IMG/VR virus record: IMGVR_UViG_3300029194_000007
DNA length: 42,455 bases
DNA from: a virus
Direction: 5' to 3' (one strand)
This document shows positions 1 to 7,958 of the stretch, in pieces; the stretch's first letter is position 1; each line of letters begins with the position of its first letter. The notes below the pieces were generated by a model that worked only from the letters and a program-made list of their open reading frames with translations, did no database searches and was not told the DNA's origin. The position numbers and the translations under genes were made by a program.

Positions 1-99
1 AACAGGCTTTAAATATAGAATAGCTATCATTATAACATCATGAACATCAAACGAACAACTACCTTTCTCCTGGACAAGGAGAAAGGCAAGCCCGATTCC
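1..99. repeat. Terminal direct repeat, copy 1 (identical to 42357-42455)
   Basis: Base-by-base reading shows aacaggctttaaatatagaatagc...ggcaagcccgattcc at both ends of the window. Confidence 0.95.
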
Positions 100-1302
100 A
101 AACTCCGATATAGGATTAAGTGGAACGGCAACACAGTAGCCTTTAACATTGGCTATCGAGTAGACAACAACAAGTGGGTAGCTGAAGCCCAGCGATGCAA
201 GGTAAACACTACCCATGGAAAGAAGAAGGTACCGGCATCGACCATCAATGCCGAGATAAACCGATTCGAAGAGCTGATTAATGATGCCTTCTTCTTTTTC
301 GAGCAAACCGAGCATATACCCTCCACAGATGAATTTCGGAATGAAGTCAATAGAAGGAATGGGAGAGTTGTAGAAAAAGAAGAAAAAACCATCTTCGATT
401 ACTATATGCAATTCATTACGGAGCAGGGTAAAGAAAACAGCTGGTCCGAGAATACATATAAGAGGCACAAAACCACAATGAACCATTTAAAGAAGTTTGC
501 CCCCAATCTTACCTTTGCAGACCTCACACACGAAGGATTATCCCAGCTCGTTGACTACTTGATGAACGTAGAGATAGATGATGAAGTCGGAATGAAGAAC
601 CGTACCGCGAAGAAGTATATCAATCTGACCAAATGGTTTCTCAGATGGGCAGCGGATAAAGGGATTAATAAAGAACTTGCATTTATGACGTTTAAAGAAA
701 AACTGAAAACGATTCCGTCAAAGGTGATATACCTCGAATGGGACGAATTAATAAGAGTGTACAACTCATCATTCCCGGATGAGCCTCATCTTGAAATTGC
801 GAAAGACGTATTCTGTTTCCAGTGCTTCACCTCCCTGCGATATTCTGACGTGAAGAACCTTAAGAAAGCTGACGTCTTCGATGGGTATATTACCACCACA
901 ACGATTAAGACAGACGAGTCATTAAAGATAGAGCTTAATAAGTACTCTAAAACCATATTGGACAAATACAAGGATATAAAGGGTATCTATGCGCTTCCTG
1001 TTCCTGTCAACCAACGGATGAATAAATGCATAAAAGAAGTATGTGCAGTTTGCGAAGTCAATGAACCGGTGTGTATAACCTATTACAAGGGTTCGGAAAG
1101 AATAGATGAGATACACCCCAAACACGAATTAATCGGCACACATTGCGGAAGGAAAACCTTTATATGCAACGCGCTCATGCTAGGCATCGCGCCTAATATT
1201 GTGATGAAATGGACAGGCCACAGAGATTACAAGTCCATGAAACCCTATATTGACATAGCAGACAAAGTAAAACAAGAAGCTATGACTCTTTTTAATCGTT
1301 AG
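40..1302 (+). CDS. int: Tyrosine recombinase / phage integrase (Bacteroides type)
   Basis: 420 aa. The catalytic signature is visible (..FTSLRYSDV.., HCGRKTF, GHRDYKSMKPY). The N-terminus (KLRYRIKWNG..) resembles the arm-binding domain of Bacteroidetes integrases. Confidence 0.9.
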   Translation: MNIKRTTTFLLDKEKGKPDSKLRYRIKWNGNTVAFNIGYRVDNNKWVAEAQRCKVNTTHGKKKVPASTINAEINRFEELINDAFFFFEQTEHIPSTDEFRNEVNRRNGRVVEKEEKTIFDYYMQFITEQGKENSWSENTYKRHKTTMNHLKKFAPNLTFADLTHEGLSQLVDYLMNVEIDDEVGMKNRTAKKYINLTKWFLRWAADKGINKELAFMTFKEKLKTIPSKVIYLEWDELIRVYNSSFPDEPHLEIAKDVFCFQCFTSLRYSDVKNLKKADVFDGYITTTTIKTDESLKIELNKYSKTILDKYKDIKGIYALPVPVNQRMNKCIKEVCAVCEVNEPVCITYYKGSERIDEIHPKHELIGTHCGRKTFICNALMLGIAPNIVMKWTGHRDYKSMKPYIDIADKVKQEAMTLFNR

Positions 1303-1319
1303 TCCCTATTTTAGTCCCC
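1301..1319 (+). repeat. 19-bp direct repeat AGTCCCTATTTTAGTCCCC (candidate integrase arm-type site)
   Basis: Repeated at 1473-1491 with one mismatch. Each copy holds two AGTCCC half-units. Confidence 0.6.
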
Positions 1320-1521
1320 ATATCGGTTAAATAGTTGATATTCAATATCAATTGTACACCCGATGAGAATTTTTTAATATACACATATAGTGCTATACAT
1401 AGCAAATAACCTCTTACAGATTATTGTAAGGCTATATTATATATTAAATAAATTCAATATAACTCATTAAACAGTCCCTGTTTTAGTCCCCGATTTCATC
1501 AAACCGGGGACTTTTACCAAT
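1303..1521. other. Candidate attP region
   Basis: Non-coding, very AT-rich gap just 3' of int. It is bracketed by AGTCCC(C/T) repeats and contains the 17-bp perfect palindrome TTGATATTCAATATCAA (1335-1351). Confidence 0.45.
1473..1491 (+). repeat. 19-bp direct repeat AGTCCCTGTTTTAGTCCCC (second copy)
   Basis: 18/19 identical to 1301-1319. An inverted GGGGACT follows at 1506-1512, forming an 8-bp hairpin AGTCCCCG/CGGGGACT. Confidence 0.6.
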
Positions 1522-1731
1522 CTATTTATCCTCTATAAAATCAACCCTGCAACCCAGCGCATGCCCAATCTTTGCAAGAATATCTATACCTGTACTATAC
1601 CTGCCAAGCTCTATACGTGCTATGTGACCCGGATCAATGCCGGTCAACTCAGCCAACTTCGCTTGGGACAATCCCTTTTGCCTTCTAAGTTCGGCAATAC
1701 GCTTGCCGATTCGTTCTCTCTCATCCATCAT
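1522..1731 (-). CDS. XRE/Cro-type helix-turn-helix transcriptional regulator
   Basis: 69 aa with a classic HTH segment, RRQKGLSQAKLAELTGIDPGHIARIELGR. Confidence 0.85.
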   Translation of the reverse strand: MMDERERIGKRIAELRRQKGLSQAKLAELTGIDPGHIARIELGRYSTGIDILAKIGHALGCRVDFIEDK

Positions 1732-1934
1732 CTTACAACTGCATCTTCAATCATTGCACTGTATGATCTTCCCATCTGGTCCTTAACGTTAGAACGTTCC
1801 AAGTCGATGGTCAACCCTTCAAGATTAATACCCGCTTCTTCTGCCAGCTCTCTTACATGATCTTCGTCACGCGCAATGGCATGATAAAGTACAGTTTCAT
1901 AATGATTCTCTTCGTAGATATTGTATGAGTTCAT
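1728..1934 (-). CDS. Small acidic hypothetical protein, translationally coupled to the XRE gene
   Basis: 68-aa ORF with a 4-nt ATGA overlap onto the downstream XRE gene. A consensus promoter lies upstream. No recognisable domain. Confidence 0.55.
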   Translation of the reverse strand: MNSYNIYEENHYETVLYHAIARDEDHVRELAEEAGINLEGLTIDLERSNVKDQMGRSYSAMIEDAVVR

Positions 1935-1987
1935 AATCTTAATGCCGCTTATCCGTTGCCGCCGGTTCTATTGTTATTTTGATGACG

Positions 1988-2018
1988 CAAAGATAAGCGT
2001 TTATTTTCATACTGCAAA
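1988..2018 (-). promoter_or_regulatory. Bacteroides-consensus promoter (-33 TTTG, 19-nt spacer, -7 TATCTTTG)
   Basis: The minus strand reads TTTGcagtatgaaaataaacgctTAtcTTTG, about 50 nt upstream of the start codon at 1934. Confidence 0.55.
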
Positions 2019-2077
2019 ATATTACAGTAAGAAAATTCATAATGACTGCGTTTTTTAACATTTAGAATGCCATATAC

Positions 2078-2560
2078 CTACTTCCTGGCGTCATACATTG
2101 CAGCCATATACACCCATATCTTGCCTTGCGGAGCGTCTTCGTCGGCAAAGTAAAACCTATGGGCACCCTTGAGGATCTGAGCATCATCACAGACCATACA
2201 CATATCGGCGTAAAATGAGTTAAACGCGACATACTTATCCCACTTGGTTGTACCCGAAGGGAAAGACATTCCCCTTGCAGCTTCCTCTATCTGATCGGCG
2301 GTCCAATGGGCACCGGTTCTCTTCTCACCGGACGGTCCTGTATAACGTATACCCTCTACATCCATTTCGGCAAAATTCCTGTCGTAGTGGTTGCCGTACA
2401 GTATGGAGTGCTGCTTGCGCATAAACCGCCAGTATTCGTCCGGATGCTCATCCCTGAGGATACACAGCATATCACTCAATGTGTCCACGCTCTGCCACAT
2501 TGCCTTGTCGGAGGCTACACCGTTAGCCTTGGCATCCCTAATCATATCCTTATATTCCAT
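2078..2560 (-). CDS. Hypothetical cargo protein (last gene of the minus-strand array)
   Basis: The ORF is 2078-2647. The likely start is the internal MEYKDMIRD at 2560, because the upstream 29 codons overlap the neighbouring gene's 3' region. A near-copy of its C-terminal coding 41 bp occurs at 30267-30307. Confidence 0.6.
   Translation of the reverse strand: MEYKDMIRDAKANGVASDKAMWQSVDTLSDMLCILRDEHPDEYWRFMRKQHSILYGNHYDRNFAEMDVEGIRYTGPSGEKRTGAHWTADQIEEAARGMSFPSGTTKWDKYVAFNSFYADMCMVCDDAQILKGAHRFYFADEDAPQGKIWVYMAAMYDARK
2114..2154 (-). repeat. 41-bp repeat, copy A (inverted partner at 30267-30307)
   Basis: 39/41 identity with the other copy. It encodes FYFADEDAPQGKIW. Confidence 0.85.
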
Positions 2561-2651
2561 GTCGTTAATATTATATATTATCAATCTGTTTGTTTTCTCT
2601 GGACACTTCTGTCTTTTTGATAGGCAAACGTTTGTTTTTACTTTCAATATA

Positions 2652-3098
2652 TCATTCCATCATCAGCTTCTTAAGCTCTATCAGGTCGGCATCTGTTATC
2701 CTGATAGCCCCTGTATTGCCAAACAGGATATTCGACACCGGATTATCGGGAAGAGCAATGCGGATATTCCCCTTACCTATAGTTCCACGGATAAAGCCTT
2801 TCCCGAACGGCATCTCATCCATCTCGCGAAACATTACTATGAGGTCATTAAACAGCATATCCGCATCAATGTTGCCGCTTTCATCGCACAAAAACAAAGA
2901 GGCATTGTCAATCATTGTATTCAGGTTGTCTCTTTCCTTGGCTATATAGTTTTTTGCACCCCTCTTCAGGTATACCGAAGCGACCTTCAGCTTCGGGTTA
3001 GCCTCAACCAGCGTGTCAATCCTGTCATCAATCCACAACAACAGCGAATCAGCCATCTTGTCCTTAACTTCTGTTATACTTTTCTTTGCTTCCATCAT
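2652..3098 (-). CDS. Hypothetical protein
   Basis: 148-aa ORF tightly packed in the operon, with a 4-nt overlap onto the upstream gene. Confidence 0.6.
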   Translation of the reverse strand: MMEAKKSITEVKDKMADSLLLWIDDRIDTLVEANPKLKVASVYLKRGAKNYIAKERDNLNTMIDNASLFLCDESGNIDADMLFNDLIVMFREMDEMPFGKGFIRGTIGKGNIRIALPDNPVSNILFGNTGAIRITDADLIELKKLMME

Positions 3099-3580
3099 TT
3101 TTTTGATTTAGATTGAGGTTTTCCATTCTTCCAGTCGATAAACTCCTGCCATGTCATATCACTATGTTCCGTCACGTACTCCCGGAACAAGGCATCACGC
3201 CTGGCGGTCTCTTCCTTGGCCGCTTTCGATGTCCGCCTTACGAATGATAGCTGCTGCTCCAATATGGCCTTACCTTCGGCAGATGCCTCTATCCTGCCCT
3301 TGACCAGCAGAAGCAGTTCGGCATTAACCATCTCCTGTATAGCCATGCTGTTATCGTAATATTCCTTGTTGTTGCTCAGGATGCCGCGTTCCTGATCGTT
3401 GAGAGATGATACAATACGGTCTATCTCATCCCAAACAGGAGTTGCGGTATGCTGTACGGGCTGCGTCTTGGGAAACTGCTGCAAAGCCTGTAACTTCTGC
3501 TGGTACATCTCATTTTCCTGCGCCAACTGTTCCAGGTTACGCCCGGATGTAAGTAGAGGGTCATTTTCAAACATATTCAT
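3095..3580 (-). CDS. Hypothetical coiled-coil protein
   Basis: 161-aa ORF rich in Q/E/L heptad-like sequence. It follows a minus-strand terminator and gap. Confidence 0.6.
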   Translation of the reverse strand: MNMFENDPLLTSGRNLEQLAQENEMYQQKLQALQQFPKTQPVQHTATPVWDEIDRIVSSLNDQERGILSNNKEYYDNSMAIQEMVNAELLLLVKGRIEASAEGKAILEQQLSFVRRTSKAAKEETARRDALFREYVTEHSDMTWQEFIDWKNGKPQSKSKK

Positions 3581-3599
3581 TATTTTTTGTCAGTGGTTA

Positions 3600-3637
3600 A
3601 TAAAGAAAGTGGTATGCCCCCGAAGGGACTTACCACT
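3600..3637 (-). terminator. Intrinsic terminator after the 3653-4426 gene
   Basis: Stem AGTGGTA (3608-3614) / TACCACT (3631-3637) encloses CCC-gaa-GGG. On the minus strand it is followed by TTCTTTATT. Confidence 0.6.
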
Positions 3638-3652
3638 AACGTTTCTTACGTC

Positions 3653-4426
3653 TTACGCGCTTGGTGCGGTTGACTGCGGGCGGCAGTTGCATCCGTAAGG
3701 GTTCGCCCCTTCCAGTACGCTGACTGTCGGGGTTGAAGGCAAACCCACCACACCATAGATTGCACGGCATGTCTTGCGGTCCGTATAGCACATGCTTTCC
3801 TTCAGGACACTATCCATACCCATTTGAATAATCTTGTTCTGGTACAGGTTGGCAACTTCCATTCCGTATACCTTCTTGTCCAGCTCACAGAACTTGGCGG
3901 AATAACGCTCATTGAGTGTGTCGTAAAGGTCACGCTGTCCCTTGTACAGTCCGAATGCAGCTGTGTTCAGCTTGTCATTCATGTTATCGTAGAGGTCACG
4001 GGAAACCTTGTAATTTCCGAAGTCACCGTCTACCTGTGACTTGTAGAGCTGCCATTTCTCGTTAATGTCTATCTCGCGATGTGCGTACATCTGCTCCTGA
4101 GTGTTGACTTTAAGCCCCCAAATGGTATTGGTCAAACTCAAAGCTTCCTCACATCCCTTCTCCCATGCCTGGAATGCCGTAGGAGCCACACCCGAACGTC
4201 CGGCAATGGCATCGCTGACCGTATTGATGTTTACGTTTTCCGGCATACCGCCACCGCCACCAAAAATGCGGCCTCCGCGACCCCATAATGCGGCTGCACC
4301 CAGAGCCGTACCGATAATACCGGTAGTCAATGCTGCGTTACCCACGCCCTTAGAAGCATATTCCTTACGATCTTCGCCATGGACATACTCCTTTTCTTTG
4401 ATTACTTGTTTTACTTCTGCTTCCAT
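3653..4426 (-). CDS. Hypothetical protein with one TM / Gly-rich segment
   Basis: The start is taken at MEAEVKQ (4426), since the longer ORF overlaps the upstream gene. The protein contains NAALTTGIIGTALGAAALW followed by GGGGG. Confidence 0.6.
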   Translation of the reverse strand: MEAEVKQVIKEKEYVHGEDRKEYASKGVGNAALTTGIIGTALGAAALWGRGGRIFGGGGGMPENVNINTVSDAIAGRSGVAPTAFQAWEKGCEEALSLTNTIWGLKVNTQEQMYAHREIDINEKWQLYKSQVDGDFGNYKVSRDLYDNMNDKLNTAAFGLYKGQRDLYDTLNERYSAKFCELDKKVYGMEVANLYQNKIIQMGMDSVLKESMCYTDRKTCRAIYGVVGLPSTPTVSVLEGANPYGCNCRPQSTAPSA

Positions 4427-4484
4427 ATAACTTGTATTTTGTATTGCAGCCCTTCGTTGGGCTACATGCAAAGAAAGCCATAAT

Positions 4485-4781
4485 TCAGCGGCAAATGAAA
4501 TACTTGCTTGCAATATACTTGCTGATTACTTGCCAATTGCTTGCCACAATCCACTTGCTTAATTTTGCCCTGTTGGAGCGGATATAAGATACACCCTGCC
4601 TGGTCCTGTGTATGACCCTGCCAATTTCCTCATCGGTCATCATCTTGGATAACGCCATTACAAGGAGGTATCGGGCATCGGCACACTCTTCGCGGTTGCT
4701 ATGCAATATGTCAGCCTCATCAATGCCTGTAACATTACATACCGTAATTATGATATCCTGATATAATTCCTCTATTCTCAT
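4485..4781 (-). CDS. Small DNA-binding protein, DnaA domain IV-like HTH (tentative)
   Basis: 98 aa. The pattern ..ILHSNREECADARYLLVMAL..MTDEEIGRVIHRTRQGVSY resembles the DnaA C-terminal HTH fold. Confidence 0.45.
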   Translation of the reverse strand: MRIEELYQDIIITVCNVTGIDEADILHSNREECADARYLLVMALSKMMTDEEIGRVIHRTRQGVSYIRSNRAKLSKWIVASNWQVISKYIASKYFICR

Positions 4782-5008
4782 CGATACTTTTTTTAAAAAT
4801 TGGAAAACAAAACACCCAAAACCTTGTTACAACTTAAGAAAGCCGTAAACAATGCCTTGGGTGTTTATCTCCTGTCGACTGTCAATCATTAAGGAGGACG
4901 GCTTTCTTTTCATTCTAAGCCGTAAAAGAACTGCTTTTGTTATTTTGAGTAATCGCTACGCTTCTACTCGTAGCGTTGTGAGGATAATCCTCGGTATAGT
5001 GTTCTATT

Positions 5009-5407
5009 TCATTTTGAACCTCCTTTCTTCTTTATCATCCAAATAATAATAAACAGCAATACAAAGATAATACCTAAAGAAAAATCACCAAAATTAATCT
5101 TGACTTCCTGCCACCATGTTAGCTCTTTTTCTACCGGGTAAGGAACTTGAACTTCGCGTACACGGTCAACATATAAGGTATCTGTTCTTCCTCTATCCCT
5201 GTACTGCGTGCGCCATCGCTCAACGAATACCGTGTCACCCTTCTCACGAATGTAGATAGAATCCTTAATGTGGATTGAATCTCTCTCGTGGATGGTGAGA
5301 TACAAACTGTCTACACGTACAGTTTCAACAGGCACATACTTTACACTCCGGCATGATGAACATATTGCCAACGTCAGCAATATGACACAATAAATTATGG
5401 TTTTCAT
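5009..5407 (-). CDS. Lipoprotein-signal plus C-terminal TM protein (unimolecular spanin-like architecture)
   Basis: 132 aa. The N-terminus MKTIIYCVILLTLAICSSC looks like a signal/lipobox. A C-terminal TM segment FSLGIIFVLLFIIIWMI is followed by KKKGG. Confidence 0.6.
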   Translation of the reverse strand: MKTIIYCVILLTLAICSSCRSVKYVPVETVRVDSLYLTIHERDSIHIKDSIYIREKGDTVFVERWRTQYRDRGRTDTLYVDRVREVQVPYPVEKELTWWQEVKINFGDFSLGIIFVLLFIIIWMIKKKGGSK

Positions 5408-6066
5408 AAGCTTGCAACATTAACATACAACCCTACCAAGCTGCTTAAGTCATGGGTCAATGCCTGACCGCTGTCCCTTGTGCAGATATACAATACATCA
5501 TTCTGAGTATAGTACTTGTCCTTGAATATCTCCATAGGAGGTGTATAGGGTATCGGGTCATCCTTGGTGCCTGATGCGGTCTCTACAACCACTTCGTAGA
5601 GTGCTGCCGTAGCCATGCCGGGATATTGGCTCTCCAAAACCATAGGGATATCTTGCCGGACCTTATACAGGTGTTCCTTGTAATTAACCTTCATCCCCTT
5701 GGATAAGGATTCGTCTATGAATTCCGCCCAATCGGGGTGCAGCGATTTAACTTTCAAAGATTCGCTGTCTGTCAGGCTCAATGTCTGTATCTGTTTTTTG
5801 GCGGATTCCACCATGTTTTGTGCAGATGCAGCCAATATGTAATCAGCACTATAAGGTTGCGGTTCGTAATTCCATTCTTCCGATTCCATGATTTGTACAA
5901 ATTCGGGGTCATCCATTCTGTAGGTGGGGAATGAGTCCCTCGGGAAGAGGTTAACGAATTCTTCATGCAGCACTACTTTAGTACCATCTGCGTTGCTTCG
6001 CATTGTCGGCAGAGCCAACAGTCCATGTTGGGTCAGCCATTCTATTGTAACGATTGTATATCTCAT
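5404..6066 (-). CDS. Hypothetical protein
   Basis: 220-aa ORF with 4-nt overlaps on both sides. Confidence 0.6.
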   Translation of the reverse strand: MRYTIVTIEWLTQHGLLALPTMRSNADGTKVVLHEEFVNLFPRDSFPTYRMDDPEFVQIMESEEWNYEPQPYSADYILAASAQNMVESAKKQIQTLSLTDSESLKVKSLHPDWAEFIDESLSKGMKVNYKEHLYKVRQDIPMVLESQYPGMATAALYEVVVETASGTKDDPIPYTPPMEIFKDKYYTQNDVLYICTRDSGQALTHDLSSLVGLYVNVASL

Positions 6067-7160
6067 TGTCCAATTATATTAGTTAATACGTAATCAATTA
6101 ATTCTTGCTCTGTGAATCCGTCAGACTCGCTAGGTATGGAATCAAAGGCTATGGAGTTGTAGAAGGCTAACTTAGCATAATAATTAACACTACGCCCATT
6201 GAAGAAGATAGGACTCTTCAAGGTATTATCAGAATTAACTGTATCATTGACTAGTGTAATAGTATGTTTAACTCCCAGCAATTCATGAGGCAGGATAGAA
6301 TTATTTAAAACTCCATCTATATAACTTACACCATTTGGATTCATATAATTATAAGCAGGTTCGTACTCGCCATTATAGATTGCAAATGGGTAAGTAGAAG
6401 CTTCTTGTAACCTCTGTGAGAAAAACATCTTATTAGCTGTTATCGGATTGACAGTCATGAATAATATTTTTATTCCGCCAGCTAAATTTGCACCTCCATA
6501 GTCATCTACACCATCTGTCACTAATGCACCGGGATATTCGGGTATCTGAGTAATGGTGATGTTACAGTTGTCTATAGGCTGCTTGGAAGTAAACCCATAC
6601 CACCCGGATAATCCTTCGTATTCACTTGAGTTGAACTCAAAGTATCCATTTTCCAATGTAATATTTTTGCCACCTTCTGCATCTGTGTATCTAAAGATTA
6701 ACTTACCTTTAAGCTCTTCCGTTATCCCTGTAATATTACATTTTAAAGTTGTTTTTTTAGTACTATCTTGATATAATACTCCTCTATATTCTATTTTTAC
6801 GGATTGTATTACAATTGATGAGTCCGATTCTATTTTTACGACTCCATTGTTTGAATCGGTTCTCCAATTACTAAAGTTGTCGTTGTATCCTCCAACACCA
6901 TTCATTTCGGCAAACAGGAAGTTATTTAACTTCATTCTCCTTCCTTTACCCGACAAGTCCTGCAAGTAAGCAGATTCCTTCAATGTTTCGTTGGTCGCAC
7001 CTTGCTTCTTTACGTCATAGTAGAAAACGATATGCTCCCTTATCCATGAAGGGATAGGGGAAGGCTTGGAAGCACCGCCACCCGAACGGATTTCGCCAAT
7101 GTGATTCATGCGATTGTATTTCAACCGCACCGAATTTAAAGATATTGTGTTAACCTTCAT
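6063..7160 (-). CDS. Hypothetical protein (possible virion or host-interaction protein)
   Basis: 365-aa ORF, operon-packed, with no recognisable motif. Confidence 0.6.
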   Translation of the reverse strand: MKVNTISLNSVRLKYNRMNHIGEIRSGGGASKPSPIPSWIREHIVFYYDVKKQGATNETLKESAYLQDLSGKGRRMKLNNFLFAEMNGVGGYNDNFSNWRTDSNNGVVKIESDSSIVIQSVKIEYRGVLYQDSTKKTTLKCNITGITEELKGKLIFRYTDAEGGKNITLENGYFEFNSSEYEGLSGWYGFTSKQPIDNCNITITQIPEYPGALVTDGVDDYGGANLAGGIKILFMTVNPITANKMFFSQRLQEASTYPFAIYNGEYEPAYNYMNPNGVSYIDGVLNNSILPHELLGVKHTITLVNDTVNSDNTLKSPIFFNGRSVNYYAKLAFYNSIAFDSIPSESDGFTEQELIDYVLTNIIGQ

Positions 7161-7161
7161 A

Positions 7162-7443
7162 TCACTCCAAAATTAATGCCTTGACAGGCTTAACATTGCA
7201 CTGAATCTTGATATGCTGCTCACCAATAACACCTTCGATGTTCTTCTGCCAAACCGACCCGACACCGTAATCGACTTCAAACGCCACCCAACTCTCACCG
7301 TCCAAACTCTGATACAATACCACCTTGGACGGATGTGCATCGAATACCAATTGCAAACCAAATGTAGACGCAGCAGGCTGAAACTTATACTCCTGATTGG
7401 AGCCGGATGCTGCAAAATTGCCGGTTATATCCTTTAATGCCAT
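7162..7443 (-). CDS. Hypothetical protein
   Basis: 93-aa ORF, 1 nt from the next gene. Confidence 0.55.
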   Translation of the reverse strand: MALKDITGNFAASGSNQEYKFQPAASTFGLQLVFDAHPSKVVLYQSLDGESWVAFEVDYGVGSVWQKNIEGVIGEQHIKIQCNVKPVKALILE

Positions 7444-7460
7444 AATTGTAGATTTAATTG

Positions 7461-7868
7461 TTAAACGATTTCAATTGTAATACTTTCGCCTCTTCTCTGT
7501 GCATCCTCTATCAGCACATTGAGCTTATCGGATGTATATCGGGATTCGGTCAATCGCCCGACTTCCGTATTCCTTCCGACAAGTATGCAGCCGGCAGAAT
7601 CATCGGCAGTATTCCCCGGATGTATCAAGATGCCTTCAAAGGCAGGGACGTTAAGCAATCGCGGCAGGTTCCTGCCAAACTTGGGAGACCAATTATATAC
7701 CACCTTATATTCTCCGTAAGGGATGGCGGTTTTGCCATACACCTTCTTTTCATTGCTCAAATCGCGGACGGTGTCTTCCAGTGTGTTGCAAAAAAACTTC
7801 CCGTCTACGAACAGTCTGCCCACCGTATAAGCGGGTTTCTTCCATAATCTTTCTACTCTTAATTTCAT
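7461..7868 (-). CDS. Putative cell-wall hydrolase (DUF5675-like; YkuD-like H..GN..GC motif)
   Basis: 135 aa, immediately downstream of the holin. The segment TAIPYGEYKV...LLNVPAFEGILIHPGNTADDSAGCILVG has a His...Gly-Cys arrangement like L,D-transpeptidase-fold enzymes. The family name is recalled from memory. Confidence 0.5.
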   Translation of the reverse strand: MKLRVERLWKKPAYTVGRLFVDGKFFCNTLEDTVRDLSNEKKVYGKTAIPYGEYKVVYNWSPKFGRNLPRLLNVPAFEGILIHPGNTADDSAGCILVGRNTEVGRLTESRYTSDKLNVLIEDAQRRGESITIEIV

Positions 7869-7900
7869 ATTATATATTTTTTATATTTAAATAATTTATG

Positions 7901-7908
7901 TATGTTTG
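7901..7908 (+). promoter_or_regulatory. Plus-strand -7 box TATGTTTG (TAnnTTTG consensus)
   Basis: Exact -7 consensus. The -33 position reads TTTT rather than TTTG. It lies about 50 nt upstream of a plus-strand terminator. Confidence 0.35.
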
Positions 7909-7958
7909 CGACAGTATTTAATTATACTGCTTTTCATAAAAGGCATGACGATAACTAT

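Noticed and set aside
2114-2154. Diversity-generating retroelement (VR at the 3' end of gene 2078-2560, with the 30267-30307 copy as TR)
   Set aside because: No reverse transcriptase gene is present. Only two differences exist, both C/T on the coding-equivalent strand, while many adenines are unchanged. The copies are in inverted orientation. The pattern does not fit adenine-specific mutagenesis.
2391-3116. 241-aa + strand ORF (also 2306-2620 and 2590-2949)
   Set aside because: It runs antisense across two well-packed minus-strand genes and their boundary. Its composition is Ser/Leu/Ile/Cys-rich low complexity with no motifs and no upstream signals.
4852-5046. 64-aa + strand ORF in the structured 4782-5008 gap
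   Set aside because: It is on the opposite strand to all neighbours, overlaps the 3' end of gene 5009-5407, and has no recognisable start context. The region is better explained as RNA structure.
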